Source of the DNA: an uncultured Gammaproteobacteria bacterium
GTDB lineage: Bacteria > Patescibacteriota > Microgenomatia > JALYQM01
Assembly (NCBI GenBank): GCA_964403585.1
Contig: CAYOFQ010000001.1
Coordinates: forward strand, 896,680 to 960,679
DNA length: 64,000 nt
Reading direction: 5' to 3'
The translations under genes were made by a program, and so were the position numbers. The notes under the pieces are model-generated. The model ran no database searches and was not told where the DNA came from. It saw nothing but the letters and a program-made list of their open reading frames with translations. Below, one piece after another: positions 56,512 through 64,000 of the stretch. Each line of letters opens with the position of its first letter. Position 1 is the stretch's first letter.

Positions 56512-56814
56512 TTAGCCAAATATCTTGCGTATATCGTTCAATTCTTCAATCATTTTATCAACTTTTTCCAAAACAGCCGTATTATTGGTATCCTCATTGA
56601 AAAAGAACGCAATTGGCTTACTGGTTACTGCGCTTATCTTCTTTAACACATCAAGTGGCGGAATCGCGCGTCCCACTTCGTACGAACTAATGGCTTTGTC
56701 AGAAACACCTACCAGATTCGCAAGATCAATCTGTGAGAGATTCGCCAGTTTACGCGCATTCCGGATCCGTTCTGAAAGCAAATTTACATCTAATAGGTCG
56801 GGCAACGTAGACAT
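56512..56814 (-). CDS. XRE-family helix-turn-helix transcriptional regulator
   Basis: 100 aa; LSQIDLANLVGVSDKAISSYEVGRAIPP HTH_3 signature. Confidence 0.7.
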   Translation of the reverse strand: MSTLPDLLDVNLLSERIRNARKLANLSQIDLANLVGVSDKAISSYEVGRAIPPLDVLKKISAVTSKPIAFFFNEDTNNTAVLEKVDKMIEELNDIRKIFG

Positions 56815-56900
56815 GGTTCTATCTTAGTAGAGTTTGTTGCGATTTGTCTAATAATATTGTAGGCGAGAAAAATGTTATTTAGCCTATAAATAAGGCAGAA

Positions 56901-58295
56901 TTATACAATCCTCTTACCATACTTACTTGTCAGTTTCTCTAATTCTGTTTCCCTTTTTTCAAAACCCTTTCTATGCAGTAATGCATACACATTGTGTTTA
57001 CCTAATTCGACTGCGGGCTGGTCATAGGCATTAATATGAAGGAGACCTCCCATATATGCGGTTGCAATTTCAAAGAACTGGAAAAGTTGACCAACAGCGT
57101 GCGCATTTAATTCTGGTATTGAAATGATTCCCACCGGACGCCCCCGTTCGGCCATCGCCAACGCAGCACCTTTCAGCTCAGTGTTAAGAATAGTTCCAAA
57201 ATCGAACCCTTTCATATACGAGATACCCTCTATATCTTCGAATGCACCGGGTACAGTCAGCTTGTCGGCAAATTTTTCTACTTGGATAAATGTAAAGATT
57301 TTATCAAACGGTCCATGGTAATACAGCTGGAACTGTGAGTGCTGATCGGTAGCCCCTAGGGCTGCCACCGGAGTCGGACCAACGAATACTTCGTTACCAT
57401 CGAGCGAATCTTTCTTTCCAAGACTCTCTGCCCACAGCTGACGAAACCAGAAACCAACTTCTTTAAGATGAGCGGCATATGGTACCAGTACATGCACGTT
57501 TTGTTTCTTTTGAGTTAATCCCAAAAAATGAAACGCGGCAAACAGTTCTGTCGCATGAAGTTCACCACCACCATTTACTAAACTATTACACACAGCTGCA
57601 GCTCCTTCGAGCAACTCAGGGATGGAAATACCGGCACACGCGATAGGGAAGAGGCCGACTGCAGTAAGCACCGAGAATCTTCCCCCTACATTATCGGGGA
57701 CAACCAAACTATCATAACCTTCACGGTCAACAATCGTACGTAAAGTTCCTTTGGATGCATCAGTCGTCGCAATAATCTGCTTGGCGTGCTGCTCAACACC
57801 AACGTGTTTAATCAGCTGATCACGAAGGAATATAAATGTCGACATTGTCTCAACGGTATCTCCTGATTTCGAAATAACATTTATTACCGTCTTCGACCAG
57901 TCAATCACGTCCAAAACATGCTGTATTTCACTTGGATCGGTATTTCCCCCTAAAAAGAAAACTTTCATTCCCGAATCGTTGTGAACAAAGTTGGCATAAG
58001 GGTGACGCAAGGCAGAAATGGCTGCGCGGGCACCAAGATCCGAACCACCAATTCCCAAAACAAGTAATGTGTCGTAATGTTCACGATAATAGGCAGCTTT
58101 CCGGGAAACCGCCTCCACCGTCTCAGCAGCGTAGGGGAGCTGCATAAAACCCAACTGGTGTTCGGGCGATACAAAGTAGTCGTGACGCATTGATACAAGT
58201 TTCGGCCGCACGGACTCAAGATCTTGCGCGGATGTACCCGTTTTCCCGACCGCATCTTCTAACATAAAACTATAGTCATAGCGTAATAAATCCAT
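56901..58295 (-). CDS. pgi: glucose-6-phosphate isomerase
   Basis: 464 aa; SIS-domain motifs (GIGGSDLG, VISKSGDTVET), catalytic region GGRFSVLTAVG, length typical of short-form PGI. Confidence 0.85.
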   Translation of the reverse strand: MDLLRYDYSFMLEDAVGKTGTSAQDLESVRPKLVSMRHDYFVSPEHQLGFMQLPYAAETVEAVSRKAAYYREHYDTLLVLGIGGSDLGARAAISALRHPYANFVHNDSGMKVFFLGGNTDPSEIQHVLDVIDWSKTVINVISKSGDTVETMSTFIFLRDQLIKHVGVEQHAKQIIATTDASKGTLRTIVDREGYDSLVVPDNVGGRFSVLTAVGLFPIACAGISIPELLEGAAAVCNSLVNGGGELHATELFAAFHFLGLTQKKQNVHVLVPYAAHLKEVGFWFRQLWAESLGKKDSLDGNEVFVGPTPVAALGATDQHSQFQLYYHGPFDKIFTFIQVEKFADKLTVPGAFEDIEGISYMKGFDFGTILNTELKGAALAMAERGRPVGIISIPELNAHAVGQLFQFFEIATAYMGGLLHINAYDQPAVELGKHNVYALLHRKGFEKRETELEKLTSKYGKRIV

Positions 58296-58436
58296 ATGCC
58301 TCCTTTAACGTACTTTCTGAGTATACTACGCCACCACCCAAACAATACACGAAATAATTTGACAGATGGTTAATGCTTTAACTATCGTAGAGTATACAAA
58401 TACTACTCATTCCCAAAACAGCTATCAACCTTATTT

Positions 58437-59525
58437 ATGGTCAAGAAGAGAAAAGTTAAAAAGAAAAAGAGCCTTAAACACGTAAAGAAGCGTATCACCA
58501 CGTTTCTGGTTACGGTTGGATTAGTGTCTACAGCGGGGATTTTAGTATACGGCGTGTGGACAATGCGCGATATCTATAAACCCATTGCCACCTTTGCCGC
58601 CGACGAACACACCGAAGCACTGACCTCATCCGAAGACACACAATTCGCATTCTTCAGTATTACCGTGGACGAAAATGATTATGTACATGAAGCCAGACTG
58701 GTCGCGATTGATCAGGACGACCACACCGTAAAAGAGCTGGTACTCCCCGAAGATACCAATATCCATTTACCCTACGGGCTCAAAGACTTTAAATTGAAGT
58801 CGCTGTATAAAATTGCCCAACTGGAAAAACCGAACAATCCATTACCGTTAATCAAACAAACCTTAACCGATTACTTCGGTGTCAGTACCAAAAACCTCTA
58901 TGTCGTTATGGATGGAACTGAAAGTCAGCCAATGTATGAATGGCTCACGAACCCATTTACTATGTTCCACCTGGCATTTGACCCCGATTGGACTCAGGCG
59001 CACTTTACCGGAAACGCTTCGCGCTGGGATATGCTCAGCTTAGCCCGGACAATTCAAAGTATTCCGGATCAGCAAAAAACCTCAATTACAATTTTGGACA
59101 ATGATATCGGTACGGTAGAAACCGATGTTGATAATTCCAAAAATATTGTCACCGATCAAAACAAGCTTGACAGTTATATCCGAAAAGCATTCGAAAACAA
59201 AGACCTCGTTGACGAAAAAGCCAATATTTCCATACAAAATGCCACTTCAACCCAGGGGTTAGCCCGCGGAGTAGCCCGAATCATAACCAATATGGGCGGT
59301 ATCGTCATCGACCTGCATAATTCCGAAGTGGAAAAAGAGACTACCGTTATTACAGTCAGCGATAAAAAATGGTTACAATCGGTAACCATGCAAAAGATCG
59401 TCAAATCGCTTCCCAATTCAAAGACCGAAGTTATAACAACCAGTGAAACCATCTCCAAATCGGACATCACAATTACACTCGGCAAAGACTATGCAGTATT
59501 TATTACCGGTTCAGCCGAAGAATAG
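58437..59525 (+). CDS. LytR/CpsA/Psr (LCP) family protein
   Basis: 362 aa; basic N-terminus + TM, extracytoplasmic domain, C-terminal LytR_C-like segment (ANISIQNATSTQGLARGVARIITNMGGIVIDLHN). Confidence 0.5.
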   Translation: MVKKRKVKKKKSLKHVKKRITTFLVTVGLVSTAGILVYGVWTMRDIYKPIATFAADEHTEALTSSEDTQFAFFSITVDENDYVHEARLVAIDQDDHTVKELVLPEDTNIHLPYGLKDFKLKSLYKIAQLEKPNNPLPLIKQTLTDYFGVSTKNLYVVMDGTESQPMYEWLTNPFTMFHLAFDPDWTQAHFTGNASRWDMLSLARTIQSIPDQQKTSITILDNDIGTVETDVDNSKNIVTDQNKLDSYIRKAFENKDLVDEKANISIQNATSTQGLARGVARIITNMGGIVIDLHNSEVEKETTVITVSDKKWLQSVTMQKIVKSLPNSKTEVITTSETISKSDITITLGKDYAVFITGSAEE

Positions 59526-59583
59526 CCACGACCACTAAAATAAATAGTTTGCCTCATTACGAAGCCTATAGTATAATACAGGT

Positions 59584-60186
59584 ATGTGGACTATCTTAGG
59601 TGTTTCAGTTACCGCCGGGCTCATAACCCTCAGATCAATGAGGTCGCTGGTCCACACACCACTGCCTTCAGTCACACAAAACAGTTCCACACAACCACAG
59701 ACAATTGAATATACTCACTATTTAATCCTGCATAAAGAAGAACTAAGCTCAATTATAACAACTGTTATCCGGCAGCTGCATCATATTCGAACCGAAATAA
59801 CCATCGAAGTACTGATACTGCCGGGACAAACCGAATACATACTCTACATACCATCATCAGTTATTTTGTCTCAACAACAATATGCCGCCCTGTTACCAAT
59901 CGGACCAATCTGGAGTGAACAATACATACCCGACTATGTGGTCGACGACGCGGAAACCATCTATAATTCAGTTTTGGCACACCAGATCATACTCCATAGT
60001 AAAACACATAACCTTGCGTATCTAACAACACGCGGCATCAAAAGAACCCCGGCAAGTTACCGGATCAGTGGAATAGATGAGTACAAGTGGAAACAGTTCG
60101 TACAGAAACAAAGCGACCACACACCCGATTTAATACCGCACGATCGTATTTATAATCTTATCCAGGAAAAATCAGCAACTTACTGA
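59584..60186 (+). CDS. hypothetical protein
   Basis: 200 aa, no recognisable motif. Confidence 0.35.
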   Translation: MWTILGVSVTAGLITLRSMRSLVHTPLPSVTQNSSTQPQTIEYTHYLILHKEELSSIITTVIRQLHHIRTEITIEVLILPGQTEYILYIPSSVILSQQQYAALLPIGPIWSEQYIPDYVVDDAETIYNSVLAHQIILHSKTHNLAYLTTRGIKRTPASYRISGIDEYKWKQFVQKQSDHTPDLIPHDRIYNLIQEKSATY

Positions 60187-60914
60187 TCTTCTTCATTACC
60201 GTCAGTATCTTCTTCAATTGGCTCGGGAGATTCCAAATCCACCGGAGATGCGGAGATATACTTTTCGCCGGTCAAGGCAAAACTTGGCCGGTTAGAAAAT
60301 TTTTCAGAACGGCTCACTTCACGAAGAAACACATACACCGTGTTCTGTAAAACCTGCTTAATAAACGCCTCATAGCTGTTGCCGTTTTTAATAAAGTACT
60401 GCAACTGAAAAGCAAGATCATCCGGTAAACGGCCAACATAGACATTCGCTTCGGTCATTATCTGAATACCCCGAGCTTTGGGCGCCATTAACGCCCGTTC
60501 TCCCGAATGGAGCGTAAATAAGGTTGCCGGAGACGCCGGACGGACTAACTGCACCACTTTGGTTTTACCGGGTTCTTCAATAAAGTTGATAATATGATTA
60601 GAAGTCGAGCCATTACTTTTAAGCGATTTGACTATTTTGTTGGAAATCTCAGTAGTACTTCCTTTAATGGCCTGAAAGCGTTTCACATTTTTTAATGCAA
60701 TGACATTATAGGGATCAAGGCTCAGTACTTCCTTATATGTCTTTTTCGATTTAACAATATCTCCGAGTTCCAGATACGCACGCGCCAAACGGTTGAGCGA
60801 TTCCAGGTCCTGAGGATGTTGTTCGAGGATTTGTTTATTAATTTCTATCGCGTTGGTCCATTCGGATTGCAACGCCGCCTTAATGGCTTTTTGTACAAGG
60901 GCAGATTGAATCAT
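60180..60914 (-). CDS. TPR-repeat protein
   Basis: 244 aa; N-terminal TPR repeats (AIEINKQILEQHPQDLESLNRLARAYLELGD...), unknown C-terminal domain. Confidence 0.45.
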   Translation of the reverse strand: MIQSALVQKAIKAALQSEWTNAIEINKQILEQHPQDLESLNRLARAYLELGDIVKSKKTYKEVLSLDPYNVIALKNVKRFQAIKGSTTEISNKIVKSLKSNGSTSNHIINFIEEPGKTKVVQLVRPASPATLFTLHSGERALMAPKARGIQIMTEANVYVGRLPDDLAFQLQYFIKNGNSYEAFIKQVLQNTVYVFLREVSRSEKFSNRPSFALTGEKYISASPVDLESPEPIEEDTDGNEEDQ

Positions 60915-61035
60915 AACTGAAATAGTACAGAGTCAAATGAGAATTTGTCAAGCAGAATATTACAGTATTATAATAACCTTTTTTAATAGGGTAGAGGACC
61001 CAAAATTGCAGGAAGTATGATAAAATACTAAAGCT

Positions 61036-61827
61036 ATGAATTTGCAAAAGTTTGGATTAACAAAGCGAAAACGCTTTATTATAGCCAGTGCGGTAATCAC
61101 CCTGGCAATATTCTTTTTTCCTTCATTACTCAAAATACACGGCCCGGTTATCATTGTCATATACCTGGCTTTGACCTATTTAGTCAGTATATTTGCACTC
61201 AAGGAAGATATCTCCGGAATCGAATATATTACCTTATTTATTCTGCCGGTTTTATTTACCCTCGGCATGGGCTTATTTATATCGATTGTTCCGGAGCGTA
61301 AACTGTACCGCTGGCCGCTGTACGCCCTGGTACCACTCAGTATTTATTCCATCTATTTGACAGAGAACATCTTTAATGTAGCTGCCATCCGCACAATTCA
61401 GCTACTCAGGATGGCCAACGTTTTCTGCTATATTATTACATTGGTAACCTCGGTATTTCTGTTCTGGTTTGTGCTTTCATTGAGGCTGCAAATCATCGAA
61501 AATGTCTTATTAATCTGCTTAATTGTCACTTTGCTAACTATTCAGTTTTTGTGGTCATTTGAGCTTACTCCTAAATTTACATTTAAGACCTTCCTGTATA
61601 CAACGGTAATCATCCTGGTATTTGCGCAAATAGGTATTATTATCAATTTTTACGCCATTTCGACCATTTATGCGACATTGTTCCTGGTATCCATATATTA
61701 TGTATTGCTGGGAATTATTCATCATTACAACGAGAAGAAACTGACCCGCAAAGTTGCAGTGGAGTACACCTTGGCTGCATTTATAGTTTTCGTTTTCATG
61801 ATTTTATCAATTCAGTGGCAGGGATAG
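61036..61827 (+). CDS. hypothetical polytopic membrane protein
   Basis: 263 aa; ~8 predicted TM helices. Confidence 0.45.
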   Translation: MNLQKFGLTKRKRFIIASAVITLAIFFFPSLLKIHGPVIIVIYLALTYLVSIFALKEDISGIEYITLFILPVLFTLGMGLFISIVPERKLYRWPLYALVPLSIYSIYLTENIFNVAAIRTIQLLRMANVFCYIITLVTSVFLFWFVLSLRLQIIENVLLICLIVTLLTIQFLWSFELTPKFTFKTFLYTTVIILVFAQIGIIINFYAISTIYATLFLVSIYYVLLGIIHHYNEKKLTRKVAVEYTLAAFIVFVFMILSIQWQG

Positions 61828-62111
61828 AGAAGAGTGGGATCCCGGAGGATCCTCAGCATTAATTATATATTATGTCGCACAATAATTCTTTTACGACATC
61901 AGGCAAGGCCTTCTCCTGGTCAGAGGGGGTCAGAGAAGCCGGCCAAGTACCTTACCACATTAAATAAACCCGTTATAAGTCACTACAGAAGGTCGTTTTG
62001 AGCCTGTTTTTAAGGTATTCTACATATTTCCGTAATCTGTAAAAATGTATAAAAATATAAAAAAAATATAGATTTTAAGGCTGAATTTAATACTAATAGC
62101 ACAACCCTCTT

Positions 62112-62128
62112 ATAGCACAGTGTGCTAT
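62112..62128. promoter_or_regulatory. perfect palindrome ATAGCACAGTGTGCTAT upstream of recombinase gene
   Basis: 8-bp arms around a central G, ~170 nt upstream of the xer-like ATG inside a 430-bp AT-rich noncoding gap. Confidence 0.3.
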
Positions 62129-62294
62129 TCTCCCGCTTTCCTGATTGTGTAACAAAAATCCCCACCGGAGCGATAACAAGGGACTCACATTTGGCATACC
62201 CCCTTACCCGTCTCCCCTCTACTCATGTCGCACAACGTTAAAATCGTGAAAAAACCCTTTCCACACTTGCCTATAGTATGTTATATATATCCTA

Positions 62295-63242
62295 ATGCCC
62301 CAGCAAAGTCTTGATGATTACATAGAAGATTTTTTGAGCCACCTTCAAATTGAAAAGGGCTCTTCCCTACTCACTATCCGCAACTACAAACATTATTTGG
62401 AGAGATTTAAAGAATGGATGGAAAGTGAGAACATCCCCCCTACTCCGCAGAGCATAGATTTGCCTTTAATAAAACAATATCGAGTATATTTGAGCTCATA
62501 TACCGACGAAAAAGGTGAACCGCTCAAACGTTTGACCCAAAATTACTATATCATCGCCATACGCTCATTTTTGAGGTACTTGATGAAGAACGATGTCAAC
62601 ACACTCACGCCCGAAAAAATCGACCTTCCCAAAGCCCAGTCCCGCGAGGTCATGGCGTTAGACAAAGATCAGCTCTACAAACTTCTGAACTGTGTCGACC
62701 TCACCGATACGCTTGGAATGCGCGACAAAGCCATACTCGAGACACTATTCAGCACCGGACTTCGCGTCTCCGAGCTCATTAAGCTCGACCGTGACAAGCT
62801 CGACCTGACGAAGCGGGAAATCACCATCCTCGGTAAAGGCGGCCGACACCGTATCGTATTCTTTACCGAAGATGCAGTCTATTGGATCAACCGGTACCTG
62901 CAAACCCGCACCGACACATTTAAACCCCTATTTATTCGGTATTCGCGAGGCATTGATGCCAACTTAGGCGGAGAGAAAATGCGGCTCACCCAGCGCAGCA
63001 TTCAGCGTGTCGTACAAAAATATGCCAAAAAAGCCAGAATCGATATCAACACCACACCACACGTTCTCAGACATTCCTTTGCTACCGACCTGCTCGTAAA
63101 CGGTGCCGATCTCAGATCAATTCAGGAACTCCTCGGGCATAAATCCATTACAACCACACAAGTCTATACCAACGTCTCAAATAAACACCTCCGCGAAGTC
63201 CACGACGCCTTCCACAGCGGCAATAAAGAACCGAAAGAATAA
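62295..63242 (+). CDS. tyrosine site-specific recombinase (XerC/XerD family)
   Basis: 315 aa. N-terminal SAM-like core-binding domain. Catalytic R (GLRVSEL), K, HVLRHSFATDLLVNGADLRSIQELLGH, and tyrosine in TTTQVYTNV. Confidence 0.85.
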   Translation: MPQQSLDDYIEDFLSHLQIEKGSSLLTIRNYKHYLERFKEWMESENIPPTPQSIDLPLIKQYRVYLSSYTDEKGEPLKRLTQNYYIIAIRSFLRYLMKNDVNTLTPEKIDLPKAQSREVMALDKDQLYKLLNCVDLTDTLGMRDKAILETLFSTGLRVSELIKLDRDKLDLTKREITILGKGGRHRIVFFTEDAVYWINRYLQTRTDTFKPLFIRYSRGIDANLGGEKMRLTQRSIQRVVQKYAKKARIDINTTPHVLRHSFATDLLVNGADLRSIQELLGHKSITTTQVYTNVSNKHLREVHDAFHSGNKEPKE

Positions 63243-63417
63243 CTTACTTTATGTGCAGCTTTAGCGGCTTTGCGCCGCCAAACTTCCGCCTGGATAGTGA
63301 TTAAGGGGGCTGAAGAGCGCGCGGTCCACAAAACTATAAGGAAGAAAGTCTGGAGCATGTTCGACGAGTCGAAGATCCCCTAAGGGGATAAAACGACTAG
63401 CAAGCAAATAGCTACGC

Positions 63418-64000
63418 TCAATTCACTACCGACTCTTCCGAAATCCCCCCCTGCGCATTAACATGAAAGATCGTATATAAATTCGGATAATCATCTGAAG
63501 AAATCTGAATATCGATAGTATTCCCAATCACATTACCGTTCGGATCGTACACCACTACGGTACCGTTAATATTCGCAAAGAAAATATTCACTTCCGGATA
63601 CGATGAAGAATACTGGTGCGTTACCGAGAAACGTGATGGGAAGTCTTCCAGGACATAGTCCGCAGTGCCGCAATTCAAAAATTGATACCGCTGATCATAA
63701 TTCGCGCTGGCGGCATCAACATTTACCGGACAACCACCCGTTTCATATTCATAATTGAAAGAATTATTGTGAATATGTATTACCCAATGCACCATCGTAC
63801 CATCCGTAGAAGCCACACCGTTCAAAGCCTTATTATGGGCACTGCGCAAAACACTTCGCATTTCCACCGTAATATTCTTTAGTTGTGTTTGGGCTACATA
63901 CCGCCGGTAAAACGGCAACAACGTCATAAAGACCAGCGCCATAATCGTGAGGACTATGAGAAGTTCAATGAAAGTAAAACCACGCTGGTCTTTAAACGTG
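63418..64000 (-). CDS. type IV pilin/pseudopilin-like protein (5' end beyond window)
   Basis: Reading frame continues upstream of the track ORF to the window edge, giving ...QRGFTFIELLIVLTIMALVFMTLLP. This is the prepilin peptidase site G/FTxIE plus hydrophobic helix; the C-terminal domain is ~150 aa. Confidence 0.65.
   Translation of the reverse strand, partial: TFKDQRGFTFIELLIVLTIMALVFMTLLPFYRRYVAQTQLKNITVEMRSVLRSAHNKALNGVASTDGTMVHWVIHIHNNSFNYEYETGGCPVNVDAASANYDQRYQFLNCGTADYVLEDFPSRFSVTHQYSSSYPEVNIFFANINGTVVVYDPNGNVIGNTIDIQISSDDYPNLYTIFHVNAQGGISEESVVN

Noticed and set aside
62295-63242. Calling the tyrosine recombinase a prophage integrase / mobile element
   Set aside because: No flanking phage or transposon genes, direct repeats or tRNA target in the window; size and motifs fit chromosomal XerC/D equally well; left as recombinase only.
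63243-63417. RNase P or SRP RNA in the xer-pilin intergenic region (GGAAGAAAGTCTGGAGCA resembles the P4 strand)
   Set aside because: Region is only ~175 nt and lacks the other conserved RNase P/SRP motifs; the resemblance is short and likely fortuitous.
1-64000. CRISPR arrays, rRNA genes, IS elements
   Set aside because: No spaced direct repeats, no rRNA signature sequences, no transposase-like ORFs were seen anywhere in the window.

Overview
This 64 kb window reads as a low-GC (~42-45%) bacterial chromosome segment with small genes and many hypotheticals. It carries archaeal-flavoured enzymes and LysM/type-IV-pilin surface proteins, which suggests a CPR/Patescibacteria-like organism; the standard genetic code fits. 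There are no CRISPR arrays and no rRNA genes. Two tRNAs are present: tRNA-Thr(GGU) next to rpmG, and tRNA-Glu(UUC). Recognisable housekeeping genes are: dnaX-ybaB-recR; ybeY, rpsU, HIT, glyA, tgt, folD, murJ, a DEAD-box helicase and ychF; rpsF-ssb-rpsR ... ctpA-rplI-htrA; and prfA, rpmE, pgi and a xerC/D-like recombinase. Between these lie accessory-looking blocks. (i) A seven-gene nucleotide-metabolism island (36.0-40.8 kb): ITPase, SAM methyltransferase, archaeal-type adenylate-kinase-like P-loop protein, Nudix, a divergent thymidylate-synthase-fold enzyme, an HD 5'-deoxynucleotidase and a wHTH-Nudix fusion. (ii) A sugar kinase / GT2 / EVE (modified-base reader) module at 14.7-18.0 kb. (iii) Two secreted proteins sharing a paralogous FN3-like + LysM C-terminal module, one with an 8-bladed BNR propeller. 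(iv) A 1023-aa polytopic membrane protein with VIT and vWA-like ectodomains. (v) A Gld-like ABC cassette. (vi) An ~850-bp noncoding tract with a GC-rich core and SD-preceded mini-ORFs, inserted with two unknown genes into the rpsF-ssb-rpsR/rplI operon. (vii) Several short, sharply GC-rich (~58-60%) patches encoding small membrane proteins. Gene starts were refined by hand where the ORF track over-extends. Manual coordinates may be off by a nucleotide or so.
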